Below are positions 1 to 13,899 of a DNA stretch of 64,000 nt, one piece after another. Location of the stretch: assembly GCA_951406725.2 (NCBI GenBank), contig OX597815.1, positions 171,306,001 through 171,370,000 on the forward strand. The letters run 5' to 3'. This DNA is from Octopus vulgaris (taxonomy: Eukaryota). The position numbers were made by a program, and so were the translations under genes. The notes below the pieces were generated by a model. The model searched no databases. It saw only the letters and a program-made list of their open reading frames with translations, and was not told the DNA's origin. The first letter of the stretch is position 1, and each line of letters opens with the position of its first letter.

Positions 1-94
1 CATCGACTCCGAAAGGATAAAAGGTAAAGTCGACTTCAGCAGATTTTAAACTCAGAAAGTAAAGGCGGATGAAATGTTGCTAAGCACTTTGGAG

Positions 95-2290
95 ATCTTC
101 ACAATAGTGATAGGATGTGAACGTGATTACGTTAAACATGAACAAAATGTCGAAGAAGAACAAGGATTAAAAGAGAGACCAACAAATTCCCACAAAAGAA
201 AGAGCTGCCCGTATGAAGGCACATTTTATTCTGTGGAGGAAAAAAAGACTGTTACAGAAGAAGAAAGAAGCTTACTATTACACCTGAATGAGGCGAGAAA
301 TAGGGAAAGAGAGGCTACCAGTCTTGAGAGGAATCGAAAGGGGAAAACTATATAAAGTATTGAAAAAGATGAACGAACTGTTGACGAAAATATAAATCGA
401 AAGCATAACAGATCTCAACAACCTTATGTAGTGCATGGCGTCTGTCGCTGTCAAACCCCTGGGATGAAAAATAAAATAAAAACAAAATTCAAAGGCCCAT
501 GGTGGCAACGAAGGCTTGAGAACCAAACTGAACAGCTCAAGATTACTGTAGAACTTCCACCGACCAGATGCCACGCGCCAACTCTTCGTCTTTTCTCAAA
601 CCAGGATTGCATCTCCGTCTAAGAGATGAGCTGCAGAAAAGCGTATCTTACAAATAGAGATCACACTGGCTCACAGTCCAGAAAAATCTGCTGGTGGCGT
701 TACTGCAGCGCCTGTCTGCGCATTAGCAACCATGCATGCCAAGCCCCCACTCTCATCTAGAGAACGCTGGCAACAGATGGATTGCCTGACCAGTTGCACA
801 CGTCCTTACCACCGGAAACGAAAACGTAAACGCTCCATTTTGGATAGACGTGAACAGGGGCAATATACTTTGAGAGAGGTTAACCCATGCTGCAAATTTG
901 GCCGTGAGGAGAAAATAAACCACCTCTTGTTTATCAATGACCTACAACTATTTACCAAAAGTGAGAAAGCTTTAGATTCACTGGTCCAGGCTGTTAGAGT
1001 TGTAAGTGATGATAGTGGCATGGGGTTTGGAATAGACAAATGAGTGATGCTAGTGATAAAGCGAGGAAAAGAATCCAATTCAGAAGGGATTAAACTCCCA
1101 AATTAGACATCTATCCAAGCAATGAACGAGGGCGACAGTTACAAGTACCCAGGTGTATTGGAGGCTGGTAGAATTCTTTGCCAAGAAAAGAAGAGGTGAG
1201 AAAGGAGTATCTGAGGAGAGTAAAAAGGGTGCTAGGCTCAAAAGTACATGGCGGGAAAAAACATCTTTACAGTAAATACATGGGCGATCTTTCTAATACG
1301 ATATCCTGCTGCTTTCCTAAACTGGACTGAGAAAGAACTAAGAGACATAGATTGTAAGATCAGACAGATAATGTCCATGTACGGGTCGTTACATTCCAGA
1401 GGCAGTGTCTAGCACAGAAGAAGTAGGGAGAGTACTGGTATCAATAGAAGTCTGTGTGGAGATAGAAAAATGTGATATAGAAAAGTATGTGAGACGAGAC
1501 GATATTGATTTCAGGTGGCAGAAGAGAGGAGAAAATACATGCGGAGACGGCAACGGAATACAAGAAAAAAAAAGGGCGAGTAAGAAATATTTGGGGGAAA
1601 TAACTACACAGTCAGTATTTCAGACAAATACAGAACGTCTTAGTCATAGCGGAAGAATGTAGATATTAAGAAAGAAACGGAAGGAATCATAATGGTTGCT
1701 CAAAGCCAGTCACAGTAGACAAATATCATTGAGGCCCAAATAGACAAATCCGCGAAAAGTGCCAAGTGCAGAGTATGTAATGAGAAAGAGGAATCAGTTT
1801 TGCACATAAGTTCCTGTAGTTCTTTGGTATAGAAGGAATATAGCCACAGACATGACTGTAGGGTCAACGTACTACACTGGGACATATTACGGTAAAAATG
1901 ATTTGAATTAGGCGGGGAAATGGTACCAGCATCAGACAGGAAATGTAATAGAGAACGATCACTATAAGGCTTTGTGGGGTTTTAATATTAAGACTGATCT
2001 TGCAATTCACGCGGCATTGGACAAGGGTAAAAAAGAGTGCATCATCATAGATGTGGCTATATCTGCGGACATGAATGTAACAGTTAAAGAAAATACCAGA
2101 GTTTGGCTAGAGAAATACGACGTCTTTGGAGGGGTTCTACAAAAGTTATCCCAGCTGTTATACGTGCCAACAGACTTATCTCTTATTGAAATTCGTGTTA
2201 CTACGAGAGTTGCATTAATTCAGATTGCAAAGATTGTAAGAAAGGTCCTCGTTATCCAAGGAAATTAGTTGTGAACTGGTATTAAGGACA
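95..2290 (+). mobile_element. Degenerate RLE-type non-LTR retrotransposon (R4/Dong group), frameshifted
   Basis: RT remnants INHLLFINDLQLF and GMGFGIDK, a CCHC-type knuckle (~1765-1815) and restriction-like endonuclease CIIIDVAI. A (TAA)n tract follows at ~2327-2441. Confidence 0.75.
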
Positions 2291-2397
2291 TTGATTCTGA
2301 ATGTAAAACATTAACGTATACCATGAATAATAATAATAATGATAATAATAATAATGATAATAATAATAATGATAACAACAACAACAACAACAACAAC

Positions 2398-2443
<46 letters not shown>

Positions 2444-2444
2444 T

Positions 2445-3515
2445 AAAAGGGGTAATCGCATGGAGGAAGTTGCCAACTAGATATGGGATACTCCATATCT
2501 AGTCGGCAGACTGTATGTAACAAGGAAAAGTGGGGGACAAGGACTGATTGGATGCGAACATAACATTAGAGCAGGAGAAAACAACATAGAATGGTATGTA
2601 AAAAATGGCACAGAACCGCTATTAATGGAAGAAGGTCAGGCTTGTGTATGATAGAGGATTGCAAAGATAAAGCATTGTACAAGCACTTGAGAATAAATGA
2701 AACTGAAAATAGGTGGATAAAGAAAAGAATACATGGACAATTTCATAGGGATGTTGAAGATAAGACAGACGGAGAAAAAAGATGGATGACTAAAAGTGGT
2801 TTAAAACCGGAAACGGAGGCTCTAATCTCTGTTTCCTAAGAGCAAGCATTAAGAACCAATTACATCAAATACAGAATAGACAACAAATCAGAAAGTGGTA
2901 AGTGTAGAAATTGTGGACAAAGTGGTGAAGCTGTATGGCATATTACGCCATAATATAAGACACGTCATGACAACATAGCAAGGATTGTCCATTGGACACT
3001 TTGCAACAAGTATGGACTTGACAGAGCAAAAAGATGGTACGAACATAAACCAGAAGGCATCATCGAAAATGATATTGCAAAGATCCTTTGGGATTTTACG
3101 ATGCTGTGCGACCATGAGATAGAGAATAGGGAACCACACATTGTGTCAATTGAGAAAGAAAACAAATGATGCTGGACTATAGATATAGCATGCCCTGATG
3201 ACAACAAGGTATGCGATAAGGAAGAAAGAAAAGTCGATAGATATGACAATTTAGCTTGGGATGTTAAGCAGTTGTCGGCTCTGAAAAAGATGGTAGTAGT
3301 ACCAGTGGTGATTGGAGCGTTAGAGCTAATTAAAAAAGGCCTTGATAAGCAGCTCAACAAACTCCCTTGCAGTGTTAACGTAGGGGAAATTCAGAAAATA
3401 GTGTTGCTAGATTCCGCACACATTTTACGCCGCGTACTCTCCATGAGATGAGAACCTGCTGTGACCCTAGTGTCAAGGGATGACCCCGGTTCAGCAGAAG
3501 ACAACGGACCATATT
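2445..3515 (+). mobile_element. R4/Dong-type LINE 3' fragment
   Basis: IHGQFHR, LKPETEALI, CRxC knuckle, RHD, KILWDF, IDIACP, VPVVIGAL; ends in (TAA)n. Confidence 0.8.
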
Positions 3516-3527
3516 TTATTTTTAAAT

Positions 3528-3533
3528 GATAAC

Positions 3534-3611
<78 letters not shown>

Positions 3612-3762
3612 GACGATGAGAAGAAGAAGAAGAAGAAGAAGAAGAAGAAGAAGAAGAAGAAGAAGAAGAAGAAGAAGAAGAAGAAGAAGAAGAAGAAGAA
3701 GAAGAAGAAGAAGAAGAAGAAGAAGAAGAAGAAGAAGAAGAAGAAGAAGAAGAAGAAGAAGA
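3528..3762. repeat. Compound microsatellite (TAA)n + (GAA)n
   Basis: Direct reading of the sequence. Confidence 0.95.
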
Positions 3763-4119
3763 ATTGTTATAATTTTCCGTAAGAGCAAGAGGGATAGTTC
3801 TTCAAAGCAGAGCTTCACAAGTGACTTTTACTTTGCGCCATTCATGTTTTAGCGCCCTCCAAAAGGTACAGCTCTGGTATAGGCTTGTAGTTTTCGGAGA
3901 TTATTAAGAGTTGCAAGTTTATCCTGCCCTCACTTAACTGCATATTGTTTCTCGTCACCTGCATCGATCACCCACCTATATTGCAGTGTAAATTTAATGA
4001 GCGGATAATTAAACATTTTTACCGATATGCTCAACCGTCACACTTGTATTTCTCTGCTCCAAATACTAGAACACTGCTTCATTTATCATTTTGTAATACA
4101 TTTTCTAATAACATTTCAG

Positions 4120-4760
4120 CGAGTGGTATAATCATACACCAGAAAAGGTTCTGAATGAACATGGTTAACCAAAGTTTCTATGGAGCTTTGAAATTCAGAG
4201 ATTTAGAATAATTTCTTGAAAATCATAATCTAGATATTATGCATTTCATGATAAAGCAATGATCTTTCAGACAAATATGTTGCAAAGATGTAGTGAAAAT
4301 CTCAGAATGACTTGAATTAAAAGTAGAATTAACACAAGTAGAATATTCAGTAGTAAACGTTTAAGTCGTACTACTTATCATCGGAGCATTTGGTTCAATC
4401 TCCTCCAAATCAAAATACCACCTGGAACAGTTAGACATCATATGCGATACCCTTAGACATCATATGGGCAATGAAGAAAGTGGACGTGATACCACCAGTG
4501 ACCACTGCACTTGGAAATCTCACTTGGTAGTTGTACCAACTCAAAAAGATTGGAGCGAAAGTAAAGATAGAAAATATACAAAAGTCATCATTGTTTGGAA
4601 CAGCATGAGTTTTCCGCAGGGCTCTTGAAGCATGAACAATAAACAAGTGCCACCTTTGTCTGCTGGCTGTGAATAGCTGGCACATTCCCTCAAACCCAGC
4701 AAACTAAAGCTGAAATAAGGCTTGCCAAGCTGACGGCCATAATAATAATAATAATAATAA
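4120..4760 (+). mobile_element. Degenerate R4/Dong-type LINE 3' end with (TAA)n tail
   Basis: Endonuclease remnants (VVLLIIGAFGSI, IQKSSLFGTA); (TAA)n at 4739-4760. Confidence 0.55.
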
Positions 4761-6678
4761 TCATTTCTACTATGGGCACAAGGCCTGAAATTTTGAGGGA
4801 GGAGATTACATCGATGCTAGCACTCGACTACTACTTATTTCACTGACCCCGATAAGATGAAAAGTAGAATTTGAGTACAGGACGTATAATACTGCTAAGG
4901 ATTTCGTCTGGTGAGCTGACTATTCTGCCAGTTCGTCGCCTGGTTAACTAGTAATAAATATTAAAATATCAGAAAAGAGGCTTAATAACTAAGACAATGT
5001 ATATATAAAACGGAGCATGCAGAAAATTGTCGTGTCAACGTTTGTGCCCCGTTTGATATTCAACTAGCGAAGCAACGAGAAAGGAACGCCAGAATTGATT
5101 CCATGTGTGTCACGAAATACTGAACCTAGGTTTTTAGGTAAAAACTGTCTATACCTTAACTTTGTTGACTCTAATCTACAGCTTTAATGTTATATTGGAA
5201 ATAATATAGAAACAATAGCTGTATCGGATACCCACCGTAACTAATTCTAATACACGAAGAAAATATCACAAAACCTATACAAGAATATTTAGAAAGCGTA
5301 TCGTTAACAATAAACTTACTAATTTACTAACGGTGCCCAGAAGCAAAAAGAGAAGTAATAAAAGAATTAAATGATATACTATCGAGAATAGGAGTGTAGT
5401 AGAGAAAATTAATTATCTCTAGCTCCATAATTCACTACTTAATTGAAATTAATTAAGGGTATCGCATTGACAGGCAATTAAATGTCATAAAAGGATTTAA
5501 AATTTGTAAACGTTATGCTCAAGTAATTTAATGTAGTTGCTAGTTCAAGGCCGTGACACAATTTAGAATCGAGGAAGTTGAACTGTGAAACTAGGAAGAT
5601 AGTAGACAATTATTTTTGTTTAAATTAATCCAATAAATGACTTTGAACAGAATGTTATAAGCTTCATGTTTCGACTTTTGCCGCTGCCACTTTTTACATA
5701 GCATAGAAACGCGCGCTCATACGCACACATACACGTCCCTAAGTAATAATAATGGAATTACGATCAAAGCGTTTTTTCTGCGTGCAACCTCACTATTCAT
5801 TTCGATTTTTCCCTTTGCAATTCGCTAAAGAAAATACTAAAATGTATTAGATTTTGTTTTATTTTGAATGTTTTGTGAAAACATTTGTCTTGCTGATTCC
5901 AATTTTCCATGATGCTCATCGTTAGTGCATGAATTATGAAGCTACGCCATTTCATCAAAGATCGAAGTTCGGTCATTCTTTCACTTAGATAGGCTGAGAT
6001 CTATTCGCTCTATCGTTAAAAGTGTAATGCGAGTTTGTAAACTGAAATGTGATTCATAAATACCAATTTTCCTCCCTAATTCTTTTATTACATCGATACA
6101 CCGAGAATTTTATGGCCGTATTTCTTTTACTCTCTTATGGGATTAATTTCTTGCCTTATCTTGTGACTTCTTTTTTGTCATGCTAAAAATAATACTTGTA
6201 AGTAATTCTCATTTGGTTGCTTAGGCTACAATTCTAGATCACAGATTTTAAGATTTCTTTTAATAGTCTTCTCGTTTTATAATCAGTTATCCAGCTAGGA
6301 ATCCTCACGGCGTTATACTGGAGATTGATCCATTGAAAATTGGATACAATGAACACGAAAAATATGTAATTAAGTTTTGGGGACTGGGGCAGGAGAAAGA
6401 AAAAGGTTAGTCTTACGAATAAAATAAAACATATTTGAACGCCTGATCTCAAAATCTCTTACATTTTTTTCAAGTGTTGCTTATATGCCTTTTTGTCTTG
6501 TGTTGTTTTCTTCTGATCTACTTTAGTCAGAAAAGACTTTAAAGTGTTATTTTCTCTGCTTGGATTTTATCTTACAAATCGTAATCTGCTTACGTTGTGA
6601 TAACAATCTAATATGTCGCATGTAAGCTTTTAGATGCCCATAATGTATTATAAAATAAATTGTGAGGGTTACAACACA

Positions 6679-6741
<63 letters not shown>

Positions 6742-7524
6742 CCACATACATAATGAGGTAGTGAAGCTTTATGAGGTATAACTTTAAAGAGATTTGTTGT
6801 GTAAAGGTGGAACAATGCGAGAAGGTACAATGTAAAATACAAAAGGAAAAGAAAACAAAAAAAAATTGCAGTTATATCTTGTATTTCTGTATTTCTAGAA
6901 TATAACCTCTTCTTCAGGACATTTGGAAAAAGCTGTATTTGTATTTGGAAAAAGTCGTTGAACATCTGAGTAATGACATTTTCCACACGTAGATATGTAC
7001 ATACGTATGTATGTGTATGTACAGAGAAACAGAAAGAGGAAGAAAGTCTATGAGACCAGAAGTACAATGTGTGTGTGATTGTGCTTGCGTGTTCGCATGA
7101 CTATATTACCACTCAAGTAGTTAAAAGAAATTCCATATTTTACAGGTCATAGTTTTTTGGTAAGCGCGAAGACTTTCAATTGTTGTTCGTTTGATAATGC
7201 ATATAACTTTCTAATGCTCGCTAAGAAATCGAAATATAATTGAGAAACTGATCAGTGGAATGCATTTGCTCAAATACATGCCAGTGGCAATCTGAGTTAT
7301 TTCTCTTAGGTCACTTTTGCTTAAATCATGAAAATTACATGTCATGAATGTGTTCTATTCTTCTTTGTATAAATCTAATTCCCTTTGCTACTGAAGATAA
7401 GGTCGGACAATTATGTTGCTGATGACGACTACTGAAATACGTGTCAACGATTGTTCTTTAATCTCCAGACAATAAACCCTGTCCTTTTCATTAATGGAAA
7501 ATCAAGTGATAGAATTCTTGATTC

Positions 7525-7907
7525 TTGAGATTATCTCCCCTCTCTAATGGAGCTGGTCTTAATTGCTATTTGGTTGTTATGGTACATCCTGTACATTCTT
7601 TCGCCCTTTTCAAGCTTAGCCAGGCTCCTGGGCCTGGTTTCCCGGTTTCTGTGGCGTATGTGTTCCCCCGCCCCCCAGCTGGACAGAACGCCAGTCCATC
7701 GCAGCGTTACTCAAGAAACAGGAAGAGAGTGTGAGAAAAAGTTGTGGCGAAAGAGTACAACAGGGGTCGCCACCCCCTGCCGGAGCTTCGTGGAGCTTTT
7801 AGTTGTTTTCGCTCAATAAAAACACACAACGCCCGGTCTGGGAATCGAAATCGCGATCCTCCGACCGCGAGTCCGTTGCCCTAACCACTGGGCCATTGCG
7901 CCTCCAC
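7525..7907 (-). mobile_element. tRNA-derived SINE family C
   Basis: Minus-strand head GGAGGCGCAATGGCCCAGTGGTTAGGGC...TTCGATTCCC; shared with 58850-59006 and 63967-64000. Confidence 0.8.
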
Positions 7908-8501
7908 ACATCCTGTACATACGGAGATAATTTCAATAAACCAGCAATTCATATTTGTGACATTTCATATACCTCTATTTGTCTAATAGTAATATACTTC
8001 AGTTAATTCAATTGATTTTATACATCCAGTAAAGAATAAAAAGTATTTTCCCTTATCTGTTAATGCAAGAAATCAATCTATAATATCATATGTCAAAATA
8101 TTTTGTCTATAGAATATATTTTAAAGAAATCCATTATTTCGGTAAAAGTTTGTTATATTTGCTGTGGCAAATCTTCCAAGAAATATACTTTTTCTATCTG
8201 ATTTCTTTGAGTGTAAATAATATCCAGAAACCAATCTGTAGTTTACATAAAGATATTACCAATTTTGAACACACATACAACTCTTAGTTCGAGTACACGA
8301 TCGATGAATGTGACCCCATCTATTAACTATTTCATCGATTCCATAAGGATCAAGAGAAAAGTCAACCTATGCGAACTTTGTATTCTGAACTTGAGAAAAT
8401 GCATTAAAATAGTATGAGACATGTTTTTTCTAGTACTCTATTGATTTTTCAACCCTCGCCCTTATAAAGTATATAAAAATATAATGCATACATACATACA
8501 T

Positions 8502-8570
<69 letters not shown>

Positions 8571-8571
<1 letters not shown>

Positions 8572-9480
8572 TATGAATTAGAAAAAAATACATTTTATCA
8601 ATTCAACAATGAAATAATTAAATTCTAACATATAGAAAAAATTTAATATAAGATAAAAAACATATACCAATGATTAAGTAATATACAAAATTATAAATGA
8701 AAAGTATATAATTGGTAAAATGACTGCACGTGTTTCGTGGCTATATTTAAAAACTGATAACAGTAAAATCAATTCAATTTAAATATAGCCACTCTTCAGG
8801 TCCAAGATAAAAACATTAAAATAATTAAATAAATAAATATACGTATATAATCTTGTAAAACACGAAATATCTTAACACATATATTCTGGTGTAAATAAAA
8901 CTTGAATAAATAGGTATAAATATTTATTATATCTATGAAAATAAATTTTAACTGATATAAGAAAAGAATAACAAACTATAATATATCATTACTAGAAAAT
9001 TAAAATATAATGAAATTTAAATATTTAAAGCAAATATATATATATATATAATACAACATATACATTAAGTGAAAACTAAAATACTATAATATAATCAATA
9101 TACATTAAATTGAATTAATTATTAATTTATTTATTTAATAAACATCTAAGTTAAATCTTATTCTAATTAAGTAATATGTACTAAAAAAAACTTCATGTTA
9201 AGTTATATACATAATGCTAGTCCAAACTATGAATATAAGAACTAAAAATAGAGAATGGTTCAAATATATACACACCAATTATTATTATAAATAAATATAG
9301 CCACGAAATAGAGTAGTCCTTTTATCAATTATATACATTTTATTTATTATTTTGTATATTACTTAATCATTGGTATATGTTTTTATCTTATATTTAATTT
9401 TTCTATATGGAATAATTTAATTATTTCATTGTTGAATTGGTAAAAGGTGGTTTTTATCCTAATTTATATACATATTTATT
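8571..9480 (-). mobile_element. Penelope-like non-autonomous element with ~180-bp inverted pseudo-LTRs and an HHR
   Basis: 8571-8750 is an imperfect reverse complement of ~9292-9480. An HHR lies on the minus strand at 8722-8803. Microsatellites flank the element. Confidence 0.7.
8722..8803 (-). ncRNA. Type I hammerhead ribozyme (cleavage triplet mutated to GCA in this copy)
   Basis: Minus strand: GGAC-CTGAAGA-GTGGCTATATTTAAA...TTTAAATATAGCCAC-GAAA-CACGTG-CA-GTC. The partial copy in the inverted arm (~9297-9319) keeps ...G-TA-GTCC. Confidence 0.65.
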
Positions 9481-9575
9481 TTTTTTCTAATTTATATACA
9501 TATATCATATTTTGTGAAATTTGATTTAGTATTACTAAAGGGAATTTTCCCCTGTAACTTTGGAATAATATTCCC

Positions 9576-9652
<77 letters not shown>

Positions 9653-11129
9653 CAAATAATTAGAAAATGGAAAAAAACAGATTAACACATCGACTGGACC
9701 ACATTTATAGCTTATTTTATTAATACAAAGCATGACATAAAATAGCTAACGTAACATATCTTACGGCCGTTTATGATAGGTTACCAAAATACTGTCTCTA
9801 AATAAATGCGAGAATAAAGTACTTCATCTTCATAGGGTTTTCGAATTAAGGCAACGGAGCTTCATCAGAGTAAAAAACAAGGACATACAATATAAACAAA
9901 GGGAAGAAGGAAAAGGAAAGAAAACATGGCCTAGACAAATAGTCTAGAAACCCAATATGTTAAGCGCATATAATTTGCCATCAAGGGGTTACAGGGTCCG
10001 TGGGTAAAAGAGTGAGCTAGTAATTTATTAATGAGTAGGTGCAATTTGAAGGGATGGGGTCAAGATGTTTAAAAAAAGAAGTTATCAAGAAACTATATAT
10101 AAAGAAAATACTAACATGATTATCAAAGGGCAGTAGCTATGCTAACGGATTAAACTCAAGTAAAAGTAAACAATTATTGTTGGGTGCTTAAGAAAAATTT
10201 ACTCACGGAAATTACTACCGAGAGTCCCACCTATGGTCCAATATGCAAATCGAAATTAAATACAAACACATTAAAGGGAAAAGAATTTGCGCTTTACTTG
10301 TATATGCCTTAAATAATCGTAAATAATAATAATGTAAATTCAATATACACCACATCTCCATGTGAGCCATTTTATGAGAAACAAACATTAATATTTAATG
10401 ATTAATGTTATAACGCTTAATAAGGGGCTCAAATTTCACCCCTCCCCAATTTAAAATTTTGAACTTTTTCATCCATTTATTTATTTGTCTGTCTATTTAT
10501 TTATCCCTATCTGTTTATTCATAAAATATATTTGTCAACTAAATGTGGTGGTCTTATAGAAGGCTGTGTTACTGTTGTTTTTAGCCCCAGGAAGACATTC
10601 ATATCTATCTCTTTATACACTTATCTGTGTGGTTATTGAGTTTAAAAGTTTCAAAACGTAATTTCTTGCATATCGGGAATCTCCGTCATTTAAAACATAG
10701 GGGAAAAAAATTCGATAAAAGTTCAAAATTTTAAATGTGGGGGGAGGGGGGTAGTAGTGATGGTGGGGGAGTGATTTTTTTTTTGCATATTTGTAATCTC
10801 CGCCATCTAAAATGTAGGAAACTGAAAAAAACATTTTTGAAAGAGAGGTACCAAAATGCATTAGCCCCGGATTCTGAACACAGCGCCCTAACTATTGGTT
10901 GACATATGGTTAATATACACAGTGAGACAATTCCAGAGGTAGACGCTATGACACTCTTTCAAGATAAAATTTAGAATATGTATTATTTATTAATATCCTT
11001 ATACTTACTCAGATCCGGCCTCGGAATCTGAGCAAATTGCTTCTACGCTATAAGTGCCAATTAAGTAGGCGGTACTTAAATAAACACATCCCATACATGC
11101 TTTAAAAACCAGTCTTTTCAAAGTTGTTC

Positions 11130-11181
11130 AGTATCCTTAGAGAATACGTTTCTAAGCTCATATCACCAGAAAAACTGTTAT
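11130..11181 (+). CDS. inx: Putative exon 1 of innexin A (5'UTR plus the AT of a split start codon)
   Basis: CTGTTAT|GTAAGC donor; AT plus the G at 17334 gives MIFESIAEF... (380 aa). TTTAAAAA at 11101 and an Inr-like TCAGT at ~11128 are spaced like TATA/Inr. An alternative donor exists at 6621/6622. Confidence 0.35.
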
Positions 11182-11316
11182 GTAAGCATATATTTCTTCC
11201 ATTTAATTTTTAAAATCTGATATTCTTTATATTTCAATTACTGTACACACAAACACGCATGCAGATACACACACACACATATAAATATACTGTACACACA
11301 TAAAATCATACAGAAA

Positions 11317-11357
<41 letters not shown>

Positions 11358-11422
11358 TTTTATTGTTTTACTTGTTTCAGTCATTTGTCTGCGGACATAC
11401 ACACACACGCACACACACACAT

Positions 11423-11493
<71 letters not shown>

Positions 11494-11497
<4 letters not shown>

Positions 11498-11680
11498 TCG
11501 CCATGATAGATCGGTAGCCACTACACAAATTTTTTCCCTCTCCGTGCTTCTCTCCTTGTTTCTTTCTGTGTTCCTTTCTGTGGAAGAGTGTAGGCTCGAA
11601 ACGTAAAAGACTTTTTCAATTCCTGAGCGTTATACATCTACACCACCTGTCTTCGTCTTTCGTTTTTTCATGAATTCTTC

Positions 11681-11684
<4 letters not shown>
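11494..11684 (+). mobile_element. Short Penelope-like repeat with a variant minimal hammerhead (11574-11609)
   Basis: CTTT-CTGTGGA-A-GAGT-GTAG-GCTC-GAAA-CG-TA-AAAG. Homologous to 44147-44311 (minus) and embedded in (TA)n. Confidence 0.5.
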
Positions 11685-11728
<44 letters not shown>

Positions 11729-12208
11729 GCGCATGTGTTTGTGTGTCTGTATGCGTGTGTGTGTACTCTCAAGTACACGCATACTTGCACACGCACGTAC
11801 AAGCAAAACAGATACACAAACTTGATCACACTTAGATATATGATGAAAATAGGAGTGATTAAATTTTTCTATCCGTCTTTCGGGTTTGATACAAACGTAG
11901 GAATGAGTTGCGGTAGTTTGGCGCTAGTATAGGAACGTCAGAGCTGATATATTATCCTATTTGTTAAGTCCCTTTACGTTATAAGTTCGAAGTCGCCATA
12001 AACTGTTTGGGTAGTAAAATTGATCCTTTGCTTTGATAAATACCAGCAGAGTTTGCTGAATCCTGTGTGTTGCGAAGATTCGGACAAGGCCTCCGCTTTG
12101 AGGATGACTTCTTTGCATTCTTTACTCAGAATCAGGTCTCTGAAACGATAAGAAAACTGTTTCACTCTTAATTAAACGTTTTAATAAATATGTGTGTGTA
12201 TGTGTATG

Positions 12209-12333
<125 letters not shown>

Positions 12334-12334
12334 A

Positions 12335-12385
<51 letters not shown>

Positions 12386-13104
12386 GCGTTGAAAGAAAAC
12401 CAGAGACAGTACATTTTGTAAGTGTTATAGTAATGTTTAACGAAAACTCATGAAATTGAAAAAGGCGTGATCGAAGTCACAGTATAAACATGGACATGTT
12501 CCTAAACACACACACACACACATGCACACACATACACACACAAACACGTACTCACGCACGCACGCACACACAAACACACACACACACACATACACACACT
12601 TCATCTCCCCAAATTTTAATGTTTTAAGGTAAAGTGTAGAACTTGAATACTTTATTCCAAATGATGCTCATCTCTACAAATGTTCAGATATATATGTGTA
12701 GCATTGGGATGTATATATATATATACGTATATATATATGTGTGTGTGTGTGTGCGTGTATTTCCATTTTATTTTGTGTGTTGATTGATGTTTTCAAATTG
12801 TTAATTAGCACATATTGTACTAATGTTTTTTCACTACGTCTCATCAAAAAATTCCCTCTAAAAACGAACACTCGGTCAGGGTGACAGTACATTTTGTATT
12901 CTAAATATAACTCAAAACAGGAGAAAAAAAAAGGAAGAGGGGAAAAGGAAGGAAAAAAGAAGAAGAGAGAAAGAAAGCAAAATGACTTTCAGAGATGACC
13001 AAACCGCACTATTTTTCATTCTTTTGAAGCGGTCACCATCCTTAAACACATTCCGAAGGACTAAATAAATAAACGAATGTTTGGTGAATAGGAAGGGGGA
13101 TAGT

Positions 13105-13149
<45 letters not shown>

Positions 13150-13438
13150 ACTACATATCTGTCTATCTATCCTTCTATCTATCAGCCTATCTACCTACCT
13201 ATATTTCTATCTATCCATCTCCATTGTGAAACAAAAACAATGCTCCCTTCCAAACAAACCCCCCAAAAAACATGTTTTATATAAATGAACGGGCTGATTG
13301 TATTATACATTCACAAAATATTATTTGAACAAAATAATATTAGTTCGAAAAATGAACGAAAGCGCTAAAAAAATGTTTATCTTTCAAAACTTTTGAAGAC
13401 TTTTTCTTTCAATATATATATATATATATATATATATA

Positions 13439-13658
13439 TGACAATTATTCGGTAGCCATGATAAAACTCCGAGTTTCGGATTTCAGAGACCCACGCCGGA
13501 AACACTTCAGTTATCGGGCCATAGAAAAAGTGCTATGAAAATGACCGTCATTTTCATAGCATTTTTTCGATGGTCTGAAAACTGAAGAGATGTCGGCGTG
13601 GGTTTCCGCATCGACATTCGAAAATCGGAGTTTTATCAAGGCTACCGAATATTTGTCA
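13439..13658. repeat. ~220-bp foldback palindrome (MITE-like)
   Basis: Arms are reverse complements around the centre GCTATGAAAATGAC-C-GTCATTTTCATAGC (13546); ends TGACAATTATTCGGTAGCC / GGCTACCGAATATTTGTCA. Confidence 0.85.
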
Positions 13659-13774
13659 CATATCATATTTACAGATAAATTCCTCTATTTACATAATATC
13701 GAGGTTACTTTCATTCTTTTGTTGTCTTGCCACTTCTGTCAATACACACGCACACACACACACGCACACACACG

Positions 13775-13808
<34 letters not shown>

Positions 13809-13864
13809 CATACATATATATACGTATATAAACGCATACATACACACATACACACACATATGTA

Positions 13865-13895
<31 letters not shown>

Positions 13896-13899
13896 GTTT

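Noticed and set aside
7835-7907. tRNA-like sequences (also heads of SINE families A and B, 23752-23776 and 62385-62455)
   Set aside because: They continue into SINE bodies and lack clean cloverleafs, so they are not tRNA genes.
9830-9872. Minus-strand CTGATGA...GAAA motif (and a similar one at ~24213-24245 after the Penelope remnant)
   Set aside because: Stem II or the core is too degraded to call a ribozyme; probably decayed Penelope HHRs.
10420-10890. Short internal direct repeats (also 22245-22560)
   Set aside because: Possibly DNA transposon subterminal repeats, but no TIR/TSD pair could be identified. They are not CRISPR-like (only two copies, eukaryotic context).
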